A stretch of DNA of 64,000 nt from a bacterium (GTDB taxonomy: Bacteria; UBP14; UBA6098; B30-G16): assembly GCA_021162205.1 (NCBI GenBank), contig JAGGZE010000148.1, forward strand, positions 283 through 64,282, given 5' to 3'. Made by a program: the position numbers and the translations under genes. Below are positions 1 through 9,600 of the stretch, piece after piece (the stretch's first letter is position 1; every line of letters starts with the position of its first letter). A model generated the notes under the pieces. The model did no database searches. It was not told the DNA's origin and was given only the letters and a program-made list of their open reading frames with translations.

Positions 1-2
1 GA

Positions 3-710
3 GAACTGCTTCTGCGAAAATTCGATTTACCTATGATAGTTCATATTCGATTCGATGAGAAGTTAGCGAACACATCGTATCGGGATTTTATCGAGCAATA
101 TATAGTGAAATCGCTCGGTGCCAAAGTCGTGATTGTAGGTTACGACCATCATTTCGGTAAGAATCGTGAGGGCAATCCGCAAGCACTATCGGAACTCGGC
201 GAAAAACTCGGTTTCGAGACAATCGTTATGAAACCTGTGAAACATAATGAAACCGATGTTAAAAGTAATTTTATTCGCAATCTAATCTCACAGGGGCAAA
301 TCGAGCGAGCAAACGAATTTTTAGGTCATCTATATCTCGTTGTCGGGAAAGTGATTGCTGGAAGAGGTCTCGGCAGACAAATCGGTTACCCGACAGCGAA
401 TTTATCGCTGCAATCGTATAAGCTTATTCCGCCAGATGGTGTATATGCTGCAAAATCTTACCCTGCAAATTGGGGAAAGCCATATAATTCTATGGTATAT
501 ATCGGCAGAGCACCGACATTCAATCTTCCGCAAAAAATGTTCGAGACGCACATTTTCGACTACGATGGCAAACCGCTTTACGGCAAGCATATAGGGGTCG
601 AATTGATAAAGTTCATCCGTGAGGACAGATATTTCCGCACGGTCGAGGCATTGAAAGCACAAATAGACAATGATGCAGAACAGGTGCGGAAGTTGATGGG
701 AAAAGAATAG
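3..710 (+). CDS. ribF: Bifunctional riboflavin kinase/FAD synthetase, 5'-truncated by window edge
   Basis: VVGYDHHFG, GRGLGRQIGYPTAN, GVYA, ETHIFD and FIRED motifs. The frame is open from position 3, so the true start lies upstream of the window. Confidence 0.95.
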   Translation, partial: ELLLRKFDLPMIVHIRFDEKLANTSYRDFIEQYIVKSLGAKVVIVGYDHHFGKNREGNPQALSELGEKLGFETIVMKPVKHNETDVKSNFIRNLISQGQIERANEFLGHLYLVVGKVIAGRGLGRQIGYPTANLSLQSYKLIPPDGVYAAKSYPANWGKPYNSMVYIGRAPTFNLPQKMFETHIFDYDGKPLYGKHIGVELIKFIREDRYFRTVEALKAQIDNDAEQVRKLMGKE

Positions 711-761
711 GGATTTAATTGACAAAAAATTGATAAAGAGATATCCTGAAATTATTATTCC

Positions 762-1907
762 CTATCTGTTCCGTATTCTTTTTTCGAACCATTCCGATGC
801 TACTCGGTCGGCAGAAAGTATGTCGTCGAGCGAACTTACCGATGATTTCGGGATTTCATCTAATGCTTGTATCACAAACCGAACGATTTGCGAGAATTTA
901 ATTTCGCCCATCAAAAACGATTCTACCGCAAGTTCGTTCACAGTATTCAATATAATTGGTGAATTTCCACCATCTGTAAGCACACGGTATGCTAAATCGA
1001 TAGCCGGGAATTTATCTTTATTCGGAGTGCAAAATTCCAAATTTCCGATTTCTGCGAGGTCGAGCGGTTTCATCGGCGATTCGAACCTTTCGGGATATGT
1101 CAACGCATACTGAATCGGCAGACGCATATCTGGCAGTGATAGCTGAGCAATCTGTGAGCCATCGACGAATTCGACAATCGAATGCACAATACTTTGTGGA
1201 TGAATTAGAACATCGATTTTCTCTAATGGAATATCGAACAGCCACCGAGCCTCGATGATTTCGAGAGCTTTATTCATCATCGTTGCAGAATCGATAGAAA
1301 TTTTCTGTCCCATAGACCAATTCGGGTGAGCGAGAGCATCGACAGGGATTATTTTATCGAAATCTACATCCTTATTCCAGAATGGTCCTCCCGATGCCGT
1401 AAGTATCAATCTTTTAATTTCGCTGTGTTTGCCCGAAAGCATCGATTGAAAAAGCGCCGAATGTTCGCTGTCGATTGGGAAAATAACAGCCCCCGTTTCT
1501 TTGGCTCGTTCGGTCAAAATTTCTCCTGCCATCACGAGAGATTCTTTATTCGCTGTGCAAAGTCTTTTGCCGCAATCTATTGCCCGGTATGATGGTATCA
1601 GCCCTTTCGCACCGACTATCGCATTTACCACAATATCGACATCATCGAGGCAAGCGAGTTCGACGAGACCATTGTCCCCGAAAAATATTTCAGTATCGGA
1701 GAATTCGGTGCGTAAAATATTGGCATTGTGTTCATCGGATATGCAGACATATTTCGGATGAAATTTTCTAATTTGTCGTCTTAAAAATTCTAAATTATGT
1801 CCGGCGGCGAGTGCGACGACATCGAATTTACCACCGATATTTTCGATTACATCGAGTGTTTGTGTGCCGATAGAACCTGTCGAACCGAGAAGCGCTATTT
1901 TTTTCAT
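762..1907 (-). CDS. dxr: 1-deoxy-D-xylulose 5-phosphate reductoisomerase
   Basis: LLGSTGSIG, ANKES, PIDSEH, LTASGGPF, HPNWSMGQKISIDSATMMNK, IHPQSIVHS, PDMRLPI. ATG at 1907 overlaps the upstream stop (ATGA). Confidence 0.98.
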   Translation of the reverse strand: MKKIALLGSTGSIGTQTLDVIENIGGKFDVVALAAGHNLEFLRRQIRKFHPKYVCISDEHNANILRTEFSDTEIFFGDNGLVELACLDDVDIVVNAIVGAKGLIPSYRAIDCGKRLCTANKESLVMAGEILTERAKETGAVIFPIDSEHSALFQSMLSGKHSEIKRLILTASGGPFWNKDVDFDKIIPVDALAHPNWSMGQKISIDSATMMNKALEIIEARWLFDIPLEKIDVLIHPQSIVHSIVEFVDGSQIAQLSLPDMRLPIQYALTYPERFESPMKPLDLAEIGNLEFCTPNKDKFPAIDLAYRVLTDGGNSPIILNTVNELAVESFLMGEIKFSQIVRFVIQALDEIPKSSVSSLDDILSADRVASEWFEKRIRNR

Positions 1908-3364
1908 CGATGGCATTTTTCACCCGCCTCGATTACTCGGATATTAGCATCGTGAATTCTTAAAAGTTGAACTTGTTTATCCAAACTGCCCGATAAAAGC
2001 TTTATATGCGAGGCATCGACTGGATACTGCCCGAAAGTCGGGTCGAATGAATGCCATTTGCTATTAGTGTATGACTGAACCCAAGCATGATAGAAAAAAT
2101 AGCCATCCTCACGATATACCAATCCGACATTTATTCTTGTCGGTATTCCAAGCGAACGAGCTAATGCGGCGAAAAGTGTCGAATGCTCGTTGCAATCGCC
2201 TTTCATATGAGCGAGAACATCCAAAGCCGATGGAATCGATGTTTGATATTGTTTCTCGATATTTTTGAAAAGATAATCGTTTATCTCGACCAGCATATTT
2301 AGTGTATCGGTCGAATTTTTAATTATTTTGTGCACAGCTTTCACAATTCGCCTGTCGTGGCATTGGATGAATGGGACCTCGGCGGTATCCTCGGCGATAG
2401 GATTGTCGATTGTATCGAAACCGTTAGAACAAATAATTAGCGTATCGTTCGAAAATTTTTGATTGAAATCATTAAGTTCGAGTAATTCATCGGGGAAACC
2501 TGTCAATATATATTTTGCGAATTTGGATTTTCTCGAAGACACCGATGGCAGCCATCTCGCAGGGATAGCGAAACCTGTTAGCAGGTCGTATTCGCCCGAA
2601 TGCGAAAGGTCGAATTTCAGTGCTTCATCTTGACTTTCCTTAAATTGTGTAAAGCTATTAGCGGTTTTTTCAAAAAGTAAATCGCCATCGTCGGAAATCC
2701 ACATTTCACTATTGAATCCCTGCGATGCCACTTGAAGAACCCAAACATCCTGTTTTTTATCGGCGATATTTTTTATTCTCCGCTGTATATCGGTTATTTC
2801 ATAAGGCGTTCTCGAAACAGTGAACGGGTCGAATGTCGGTATTTTCGTCAATAATTTTTTGTGTTTCTGCGCCGAAATGAACATCTCGGGTATCATCGAT
2901 GGCGTATAAATTTTTCCATCTATATGAATTTTTATTGTATCCACACTTTGCGGAGTGTTTAAAAAAACCGAAAGCAAACCGTTCTCGATATTCCCTTCAG
3001 CAGTGGCATTGTATGCTCCGCTTTGCAGGTCGAATGAAAAGGTTTGAACGGCATAGGTCGAATCCACAGTTGTGATAGACTGAGCATAAATTTCCTGAAC
3101 GATTCCACCGACAGGAAGCCGCATATACGAAACATCGGTAATCATCGATTTGCTGCCGATTTTTTGAACCGATTTGGAACTGTATCCGATTTTTTCTCCA
3201 CGCCAATAAACTGAATACCAATTTTGCTTTTGCATTTTACCGATTGTAACTATATTGACATCGGGAATATGAGTTGGTTCTGTGGCTCGACTTTCTTTCC
3301 ATAGCAAGAACATCGTCCCTGTCCACCATACAAATGTTAAAATTAAAAGGATTTTTTGCAACAT
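1904..3364 (-). CDS. Membrane-anchored transglutaminase-like (Cys-His-Asp) domain protein
   Basis: GDCNEH, YHAWV and FDPT triad motifs, with an N-terminal hydrophobic anchor. Start moved to ATG 3364 because the longer ORF overlaps the divergent gene. Confidence 0.85.
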   Translation of the reverse strand: MLQKILLILTFVWWTGTMFLLWKESRATEPTHIPDVNIVTIGKMQKQNWYSVYWRGEKIGYSSKSVQKIGSKSMITDVSYMRLPVGGIVQEIYAQSITTVDSTYAVQTFSFDLQSGAYNATAEGNIENGLLSVFLNTPQSVDTIKIHIDGKIYTPSMIPEMFISAQKHKKLLTKIPTFDPFTVSRTPYEITDIQRRIKNIADKKQDVWVLQVASQGFNSEMWISDDGDLLFEKTANSFTQFKESQDEALKFDLSHSGEYDLLTGFAIPARWLPSVSSRKSKFAKYILTGFPDELLELNDFNQKFSNDTLIICSNGFDTIDNPIAEDTAEVPFIQCHDRRIVKAVHKIIKNSTDTLNMLVEINDYLFKNIEKQYQTSIPSALDVLAHMKGDCNEHSTLFAALARSLGIPTRINVGLVYREDGYFFYHAWVQSYTNSKWHSFDPTFGQYPVDASHIKLLSGSLDKQVQLLRIHDANIRVIEAGEKCHR

Positions 3365-3440
3365 CGAATACGCACCTTGACTTATTCTTTTTTTTTCATA
3401 ATAATTATAATAAATGAAAAGATATTTTAAAGGAGAATTT

Positions 3441-3914
3441 ATGAAAAAGTTCACACCGCTTTTAATTATTATTTTCACTATCGGGATTATGCCGGTTTTT
3501 GCACAGAATTTCGATGTGCTTAAAAAACTTTTGGATGCCACAAGCATTCCATATATCGCCGATGATAAGAAAGAACTTTGTGCAATCGAGGTCGGCGAAT
3601 CGAAAGAATCCGACAGCAAAACGATATTCGTAAGATTAGATGGTGGAAATAACGATTTTGTCATAGCGAGAATTACGATTATCGACGGGAAGAAAAATTG
3701 CGATTTCCCGCCCGAAATATATAAAGAATGTCTCGAATTTAATCAGCGAACAGGTCTTCTCAAAACCCAATATGACACGCAATATGGAGATATCGATTTA
3801 ACTTACGAAACATGGCTATCGACATCGCCCGACGATTTCACAAGAGGACTTCGATATCTTGCGGACAATGCCGATGTTCTCGCAAAAAAGCTGAAAACTT
3901 TCATAAAAAAATAG
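3441..3914 (+). CDS. Exported hypothetical protein, YbjN-like fold possible
   Basis: AGGAG RBS before ATG 3441; signal peptide ending VFA-Q; size and the LEFN...K pattern resemble YbjN-type domains (weak). Confidence 0.6.
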   Translation: MKKFTPLLIIIFTIGIMPVFAQNFDVLKKLLDATSIPYIADDKKELCAIEVGESKESDSKTIFVRLDGGNNDFVIARITIIDGKKNCDFPPEIYKECLEFNQRTGLLKTQYDTQYGDIDLTYETWLSTSPDDFTRGLRYLADNADVLAKKLKTFIKK

Positions 3915-4054
3915 AGTTTCTTGGAAATATGACTTAATGAATCAAAGTAAAACTATCGATACCTGCAAAAATCTTTTTTAAAGATAAAAACTATTGCACA
4001 TCGAATTCGATTTATTATTTTGGAAGAAATTTAAACTTTTATTGGAGGTTTATT

Positions 4055-5164
4055 ATGTCCGATGTAAAAAATACCCCATTTTACTCTAAACATATACTTT
4101 TGCACGCTAAACTTGTGCCATTCGCAGGTTTCTTAATGCCGATGTTATACGAGGGTATAGTTCCCGAACACAAGGCTGTGCGAACGAGTGTCGGAATATT
4201 CGATGTTTCGCATATGGGCGAGTTCTATGTCGATGGTCCGGGTGCACTCGATTTCATTCAACGAATGACGACAAACGATGCTTCTACTCTATCTATTGGG
4301 CAGGTGCAATATTCATCTATGCTTTATGACAATGGCGGAATTGTAGATGATTTGCTGGTATATCGCATGCCCGATAAATATATGCTCGTTGTCAATGCCT
4401 CGAATCTCGATAAGGATTTCGAGTGGCTAAAATCACATTTACCTGCCGATGGTGTGGGATTTTCCAATGTTTCCGACGATATTGCATTGCTCGCAATTCA
4501 GGGACCACGCGCTCAAAATGTTTTGCAAAAACTTGTAAATTATGACCTCGAGCAAATGAAATATTATCATCACGCCGACATCGAGGTCTCCGGTGAAAAA
4601 ATGCTCGTTTCACGAACAGGATACACAGGTGAGGATGGTTTCGAATTATATATGCCGACATCGGTTGCAGAAAAAGTATGGGATATAATTATGGAAGCTG
4701 GTCAGCAGAATAATATTAAACCATGCGGACTTGGAGCACGAGACACACTTCGACTCGAAATGAAATATGCACTTTACGGCAACGATATGGATGAAAAATT
4801 TAATCCTTATGAAGCTGGTTTGGGCTGGATAGTTAAACTTGCGAAGGGCGATTTTATCGGTCGCGAAACGATTATCGATGCTAAGGCAAATGGTCTTAAG
4901 CGAAAACTCGTATGTTTCGAACTTCAGGAACGTGGCTTTCCTCGCCACGAATACAAGGTTTTTAAGGATGGTATCGAGGTCGGTTTTGTTACCAGCGGGA
5001 CTTTTTCGCCGATGCTCGAGAAAGGAATCGGTCTGGCGTATGTGCCACCCGAAATATCCAAATCGGGAAATACATTCGATATTCAGGTTAGAAATGTGAA
5101 AATTCCCGCTGTCGTGGTCAAACCGCCATTCTGGAAACACGGCTCGGTTCGAGTGAATAGATAA
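4055..5164 (+). CDS. gcvT: Glycine cleavage system aminomethyltransferase T
   Basis: FDVSHMGE, GGIVDD, QGP, SRTGYTGEDGFE, GLGARDTLRLE, VTSGTFSP; GGAGG RBS. Confidence 0.98.
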   Translation: MSDVKNTPFYSKHILLHAKLVPFAGFLMPMLYEGIVPEHKAVRTSVGIFDVSHMGEFYVDGPGALDFIQRMTTNDASTLSIGQVQYSSMLYDNGGIVDDLLVYRMPDKYMLVVNASNLDKDFEWLKSHLPADGVGFSNVSDDIALLAIQGPRAQNVLQKLVNYDLEQMKYYHHADIEVSGEKMLVSRTGYTGEDGFELYMPTSVAEKVWDIIMEAGQQNNIKPCGLGARDTLRLEMKYALYGNDMDEKFNPYEAGLGWIVKLAKGDFIGRETIIDAKANGLKRKLVCFELQERGFPRHEYKVFKDGIEVGFVTSGTFSPMLEKGIGLAYVPPEISKSGNTFDIQVRNVKIPAVVVKPPFWKHGSVRVNR

Positions 5165-5186
5165 TTAAATTTATATGGAAAATTAA

Positions 5187-5921
5187 ATGATTATCAGAAC
5201 TACGCTCGCACCATTATCGGTGAACAATATTCCCGATAACGATTTCGATGCCGCTGTTGTAATCGATGTTCTGCGGGCTACGACTACATTGCTATATGCA
5301 ATCGATGCGGGTGCGAGTAAAATTATTCCCGTATCGACAATCGATGAAGCATTTGCACTCGCCGAAAAATACGATACTGCGGTTCTCTGCGGTGAGCGCG
5401 ATGGCAAAAAAATCGATGGTTTTCATCTCGGAAATTCACCGTCGGAGTATACGGCGGAATCGGTCGGAGGAAAAATTCTAATTTATGCATCGACAAATGG
5501 TAGCGTGATGTTAAAAAAAGTTCAGCGAGTTGCAAAAGAAGTATTTCTCGCGAGTTTGCGGAATATCGGTGCGGCAGCGAAAAGAATCATTTCCAAAAAT
5601 CCTAAAAAAATTCTGATTGCATGCTCGGGATTGGAGAGATTTGTTTCGCTCGAGGATACATATTGCGCAGGAATTCTAATAGATAAAATTTCATCCCAAA
5701 TCGAAAATATCGATACCGACGATTCGACGACATTAGCTCATATTATTTTCAGATATTTCGGTTATAATGTCGATAAAATGTTTCGGGAATCTGTTCACGC
5801 AAGATATCTTGGAAACGAGCTTGGATTGTGGGACGATATCGAGTGTGCAAGCCAAATCGATTCCGCCGACACCGTGCCGATTTTGAAGAATGGCGAAATA
5901 ATTGAAGATTATGTTATATAA
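5187..5921 (+). CDS. comB: 2-phosphosulfolactate phosphatase family protein
   Basis: VVIDVLRATT, GERDG, GNSPSE, STNG, ED..CAG motifs. Confidence 0.92.
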   Translation: MIIRTTLAPLSVNNIPDNDFDAAVVIDVLRATTTLLYAIDAGASKIIPVSTIDEAFALAEKYDTAVLCGERDGKKIDGFHLGNSPSEYTAESVGGKILIYASTNGSVMLKKVQRVAKEVFLASLRNIGAAAKRIISKNPKKILIACSGLERFVSLEDTYCAGILIDKISSQIENIDTDDSTTLAHIIFRYFGYNVDKMFRESVHARYLGNELGLWDDIECASQIDSADTVPILKNGEIIEDYVI

Positions 5922-6588
5922 ATTTAAAATATTTAGTGAAATTAAAAATATCGAATTTGCGATAGATGTGAAATCCTCGCCATCTGTGGATATGCTGCAA
6001 TCGTATTTCACTTGTGTCGATGAAAACTATCTGCCAGCAAGGATAGTTCGATTGAATCAGGTTCACAGCGATAAGATTTATAATATCGAAAATTTGGAAC
6101 AAATCGCGCAGATAAATGGTCTCGATGGCGATGGTCTAATCACAACCGTTCCCGATATTGCACTTTCGATTTCCGTTGCGGATTGTGCTCCCGTTGCTCT
6201 ATTCGACATCGATGGTTCGGCGATTTGCCTTATTCATTCGGGCTGGCGCGGAACCGAAAAGAAAATAGTCCCAAAAAGTGTGAAAATCTTTCTCGATATC
6301 GGTATTTCACGAGAAAATATTTTTGCATATATCGGTCCGACAATCGGTGTCGATGACTATGAGGTCGGTGAAGAATTCCTCGAAAAATTTCCAAGCAACG
6401 CATTTGCCGGGGATGGTAAAATATTTTTCGACCTTGCAGGTGAAATCGAAAGACAATTGAAAAATATGGGAATTTCAAAAATCGCAAAATTTCCGCTGTC
6501 CACTTATTCTGAGAATTGGCTTCACTCATACCGCCGCGATGGCGATAGTGCAGGACGGAATATTTTATATTTATGGAAAACTAATTGA
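5911..6588 (+). CDS. pgeF: PgeF/YfiH (laccase-domain, purine nucleoside phosphorylase-like) protein
   Basis: QVHS, DGL, ADCAP, HSGWRG, IGPTI, YEVG and SYRR motifs. Confidence 0.92.
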   Translation: MLYKFKIFSEIKNIEFAIDVKSSPSVDMLQSYFTCVDENYLPARIVRLNQVHSDKIYNIENLEQIAQINGLDGDGLITTVPDIALSISVADCAPVALFDIDGSAICLIHSGWRGTEKKIVPKSVKIFLDIGISRENIFAYIGPTIGVDDYEVGEEFLEKFPSNAFAGDGKIFFDLAGEIERQLKNMGISKIAKFPLSTYSENWLHSYRRDGDSAGRNILYLWKTN

Positions 6589-6664
6589 TTTTTAATCGAT
6601 GAATAAAATTGTGTATTAGAAACGGGCTGCTTGCCTATGGAAAAATCATCGATTATTTCAGTGG

Positions 6665-9600
6665 TTATTTTTTCCGCAAACCATATTTAGTCATAAGCTG
6701 GTGAAGTCTCGTTCTGTGAATACCGAATTCCTGAGCGGCTTTAGATACATTATAATTATATCGCAGAAGAAGTTTTTCGATTGCCCATTTTTCAAAATCG
6801 CTGCCGAGTTCCTGCTTTAATTTTTTAAACTCATCATAAGTTTGAGGTTCGGGAAATTCTTTCTGCGCTCTCGATTTCGATAATGTCTCATCGGTTTTGA
6901 TGAAATCGGGGAGTAATTCGTGTGTTATAATTTTTCCCCGCGCGAATAATACCATCTCTTCGATAGCATTTTTCAATTGTCTAACATTCCCGGGCCAATT
7001 ATAATCCCGTATAGCCGATACTACGGTGGAAGAGAAACCTTTAATATTTTTCCCGAACCTTTCGGCTGTTTTTTGAAGGAAAAACTGTGCGAGCAATGGA
7101 ATATCTTCTCGTCTTTCACGCAAAGGCGGAATCTTAATTCGCACTGTGGAAATTCGATAGTATAAATCCTCTCGAAAATTTCCATTCTCGATTTCTTTTT
7201 CAAGTTCTCTATTGGTTGCAGCAATAATACGCACATCGGTTTTTATAGTTTTATTTCCGCCGAGACGCATAAATTCACCGGTTTCCAGTGAAGTCAAAAG
7301 TTTTGCTTGAAGAGCGGAAGACATATCGCCGATTTCGTCGAGGAATAGAGTTCCATTATCTGCCAATTCGAGTTTACCGAGTTGCCGATGAGTTGCACCT
7401 GTAAATGCGCCTTTTTCATAACCGAAAAGTTCGGCTTCGAGAAGACTTTCAGGCACAGCGGCGCAATTGAGAACGATGAACGATTCATCGGTTCGCTGAC
7501 TGCGAGAATGTATCACTTTTGCTAATAAATCCTTGCCTGTTCCAGTTTCGCCCAACAGAAGAACCGTTATGTCCTGCTTTGCGACAGCGGAAATTTTGGG
7601 AAATATTTCCTGAATCGATTTCGATTCACCACCGATGAAATCGGTCCCAAAAAACTCTCGTGTTTGAGCGCGAAGAGCATCTCTTTCTGCAACAAGGTCG
7701 CCGTATAGTTTTGCATTGTAAAGTGCCATAGCGGCGAATTCGCCGAGTGTTTCGAGTAATCTGACAGTTCTCTTAGAGAATGTCGCTCGTTTAACCTCGG
7801 CATCGGCATAAAGAACACCGAACAATTCATCGTGGCAGATAAGTGGAACAGCGATAACCATCAAAATTCTAAGGTCGAGAATGCTCTGTTGCGCAGCTAA
7901 ATCCTCATCCTCGGGAATACTTTCGACAAGCAACGATTTACCAGCCTCGATAGCTTTTCGCACCGCTGTGGTGCTGAATTTCAATTCACCTATTGGAATA
8001 GTTTTTTCATCCTCGTATCTCGATGCAATCGGGTTTAAATTATCTCCATCGATTGTGATTAAAATAGCTCTATTCGAACCGCTGACCTCGACAGCTCTAT
8101 CCAAAATAACGGTTACAAGAGTTTCCCAATCGAGAGTCGATGTAAAAGCCTTAGCAACCTCGAGCAAAAGACCAGCATCGCCACCATAACGGCTGCCGCG
8201 AAGATAATCTGCGATATGTTCCAATTCGGCGAGTTTGGTTCTATTATCTAATTTCGAGAAAAATTCCTGTGCTTTGTTCAATGCCAGTTGACCCTTTTGC
8301 GGGTCGGGAAGTTTTTGTGAATAGATTTCAGCGATTCTTTGCCAGAGATAACCCTGAACAAAGAAGTCATTCGGCGGTTTATTCATTAATTTATCCAATT
8401 TATCGATAGCCTGTTGCGGGGATAAAGATGAAATAATAATCTGAACCGCCGAACACCAAATTTCCGCACTTTCAGAAAGATATTTAATCTTCCTTATTAA
8501 ATTTTCAGCGGTTTCCGCAGCGGTTTCATATTGACCTGTCTCGAACGACATCAACGCTTTCCATAAAATACTTGCAAACTCATCTGTGGGTATCGATGGG
8601 AAATAATCGAGTTCCGAGGTCGGTATCCCTGAAAGCACGCAAAGAGGCAAAAGTTCTCTCATCACAGAATTATACGATGTCTGAGGTAATGATTTTAAGT
8701 CTGGAAGAATTTTTTCGAGTGAAATTTGCGGGTCGTCGAGCGTGCCTCCATAAAGATTCACAAACAATTCCTCTAATCGAATTCTTACCTTGTGCAAGGG
8801 CAAATGTGCAAACTCTTTCAGTTCGACAACTGTTCTTTTAGCGAGTTCGATGTTTCCGAGTCTTCGATATACGATAGACAATCCTAAAAGCGAGGCAAAT
8901 CTTTGATTTATTAACTTTTCCTGCTCGGCAATCGATGCCGCCGCAAGCAATCTATCGAGTGATTGTGTATATTTCCCCTGAGCGATGAGAATATATCCGA
9001 GATTGACCTCGACAGTGATAAGAGCAGTATTGTTCTGAATTTGAGTTGCGATATTTCGTGCCTGCCAGAAAATATTTGCGGCTTCGGTCATTTCTGTGCG
9101 CGCTTGCAACACAGCGGCAATATTTATTAGCGAGAACAGTTCGAGCCGCGAATCGTTTATTTGTCGAGAAAACTCGAGAGCTTCATTCAAAAGAGAATAT
9201 GCCTCGTCATTTTTCCCTGCTTTAATCAATGCACCGCTTAAATCTATAAGAACTGTGGTTTCCTTTTGAATATCCGTCGTTTTTTGAACTTTCGTTAAAA
9301 GTCTTCGATAAACAGAAATCGCTTTTTCAAGTTCGCCGATTAAACGAAAAGTATTCGCCTTTTTCTTAATCGCACGAAACCACAATTGATTGTCTCCCGA
9401 TTCCTCGGCACACTTTGTAACTAAATCATAAGCTCGAAGAAGTAAATCGAGTTTATATCTGGATTTTAATTTTTTTAGAATTGTCCTCGTATATTTTATA
9501 GCTTTTTCAGGGTCGTTTGTCTCATAGAACATCTGTGCACCAGAAAGAACAAATTCGGGCAGTTCCGTTAATTCGACAAAAACCCCAGCAGATTTACTTT

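Noticed and set aside
3365-3664. N-terminal 100-aa extension of the transglutaminase ORF in the track
   Set aside because: It overlaps the divergent 3441 gene and an AT-rich promoter region; ATG 3364 gives a sensible membrane anchor.
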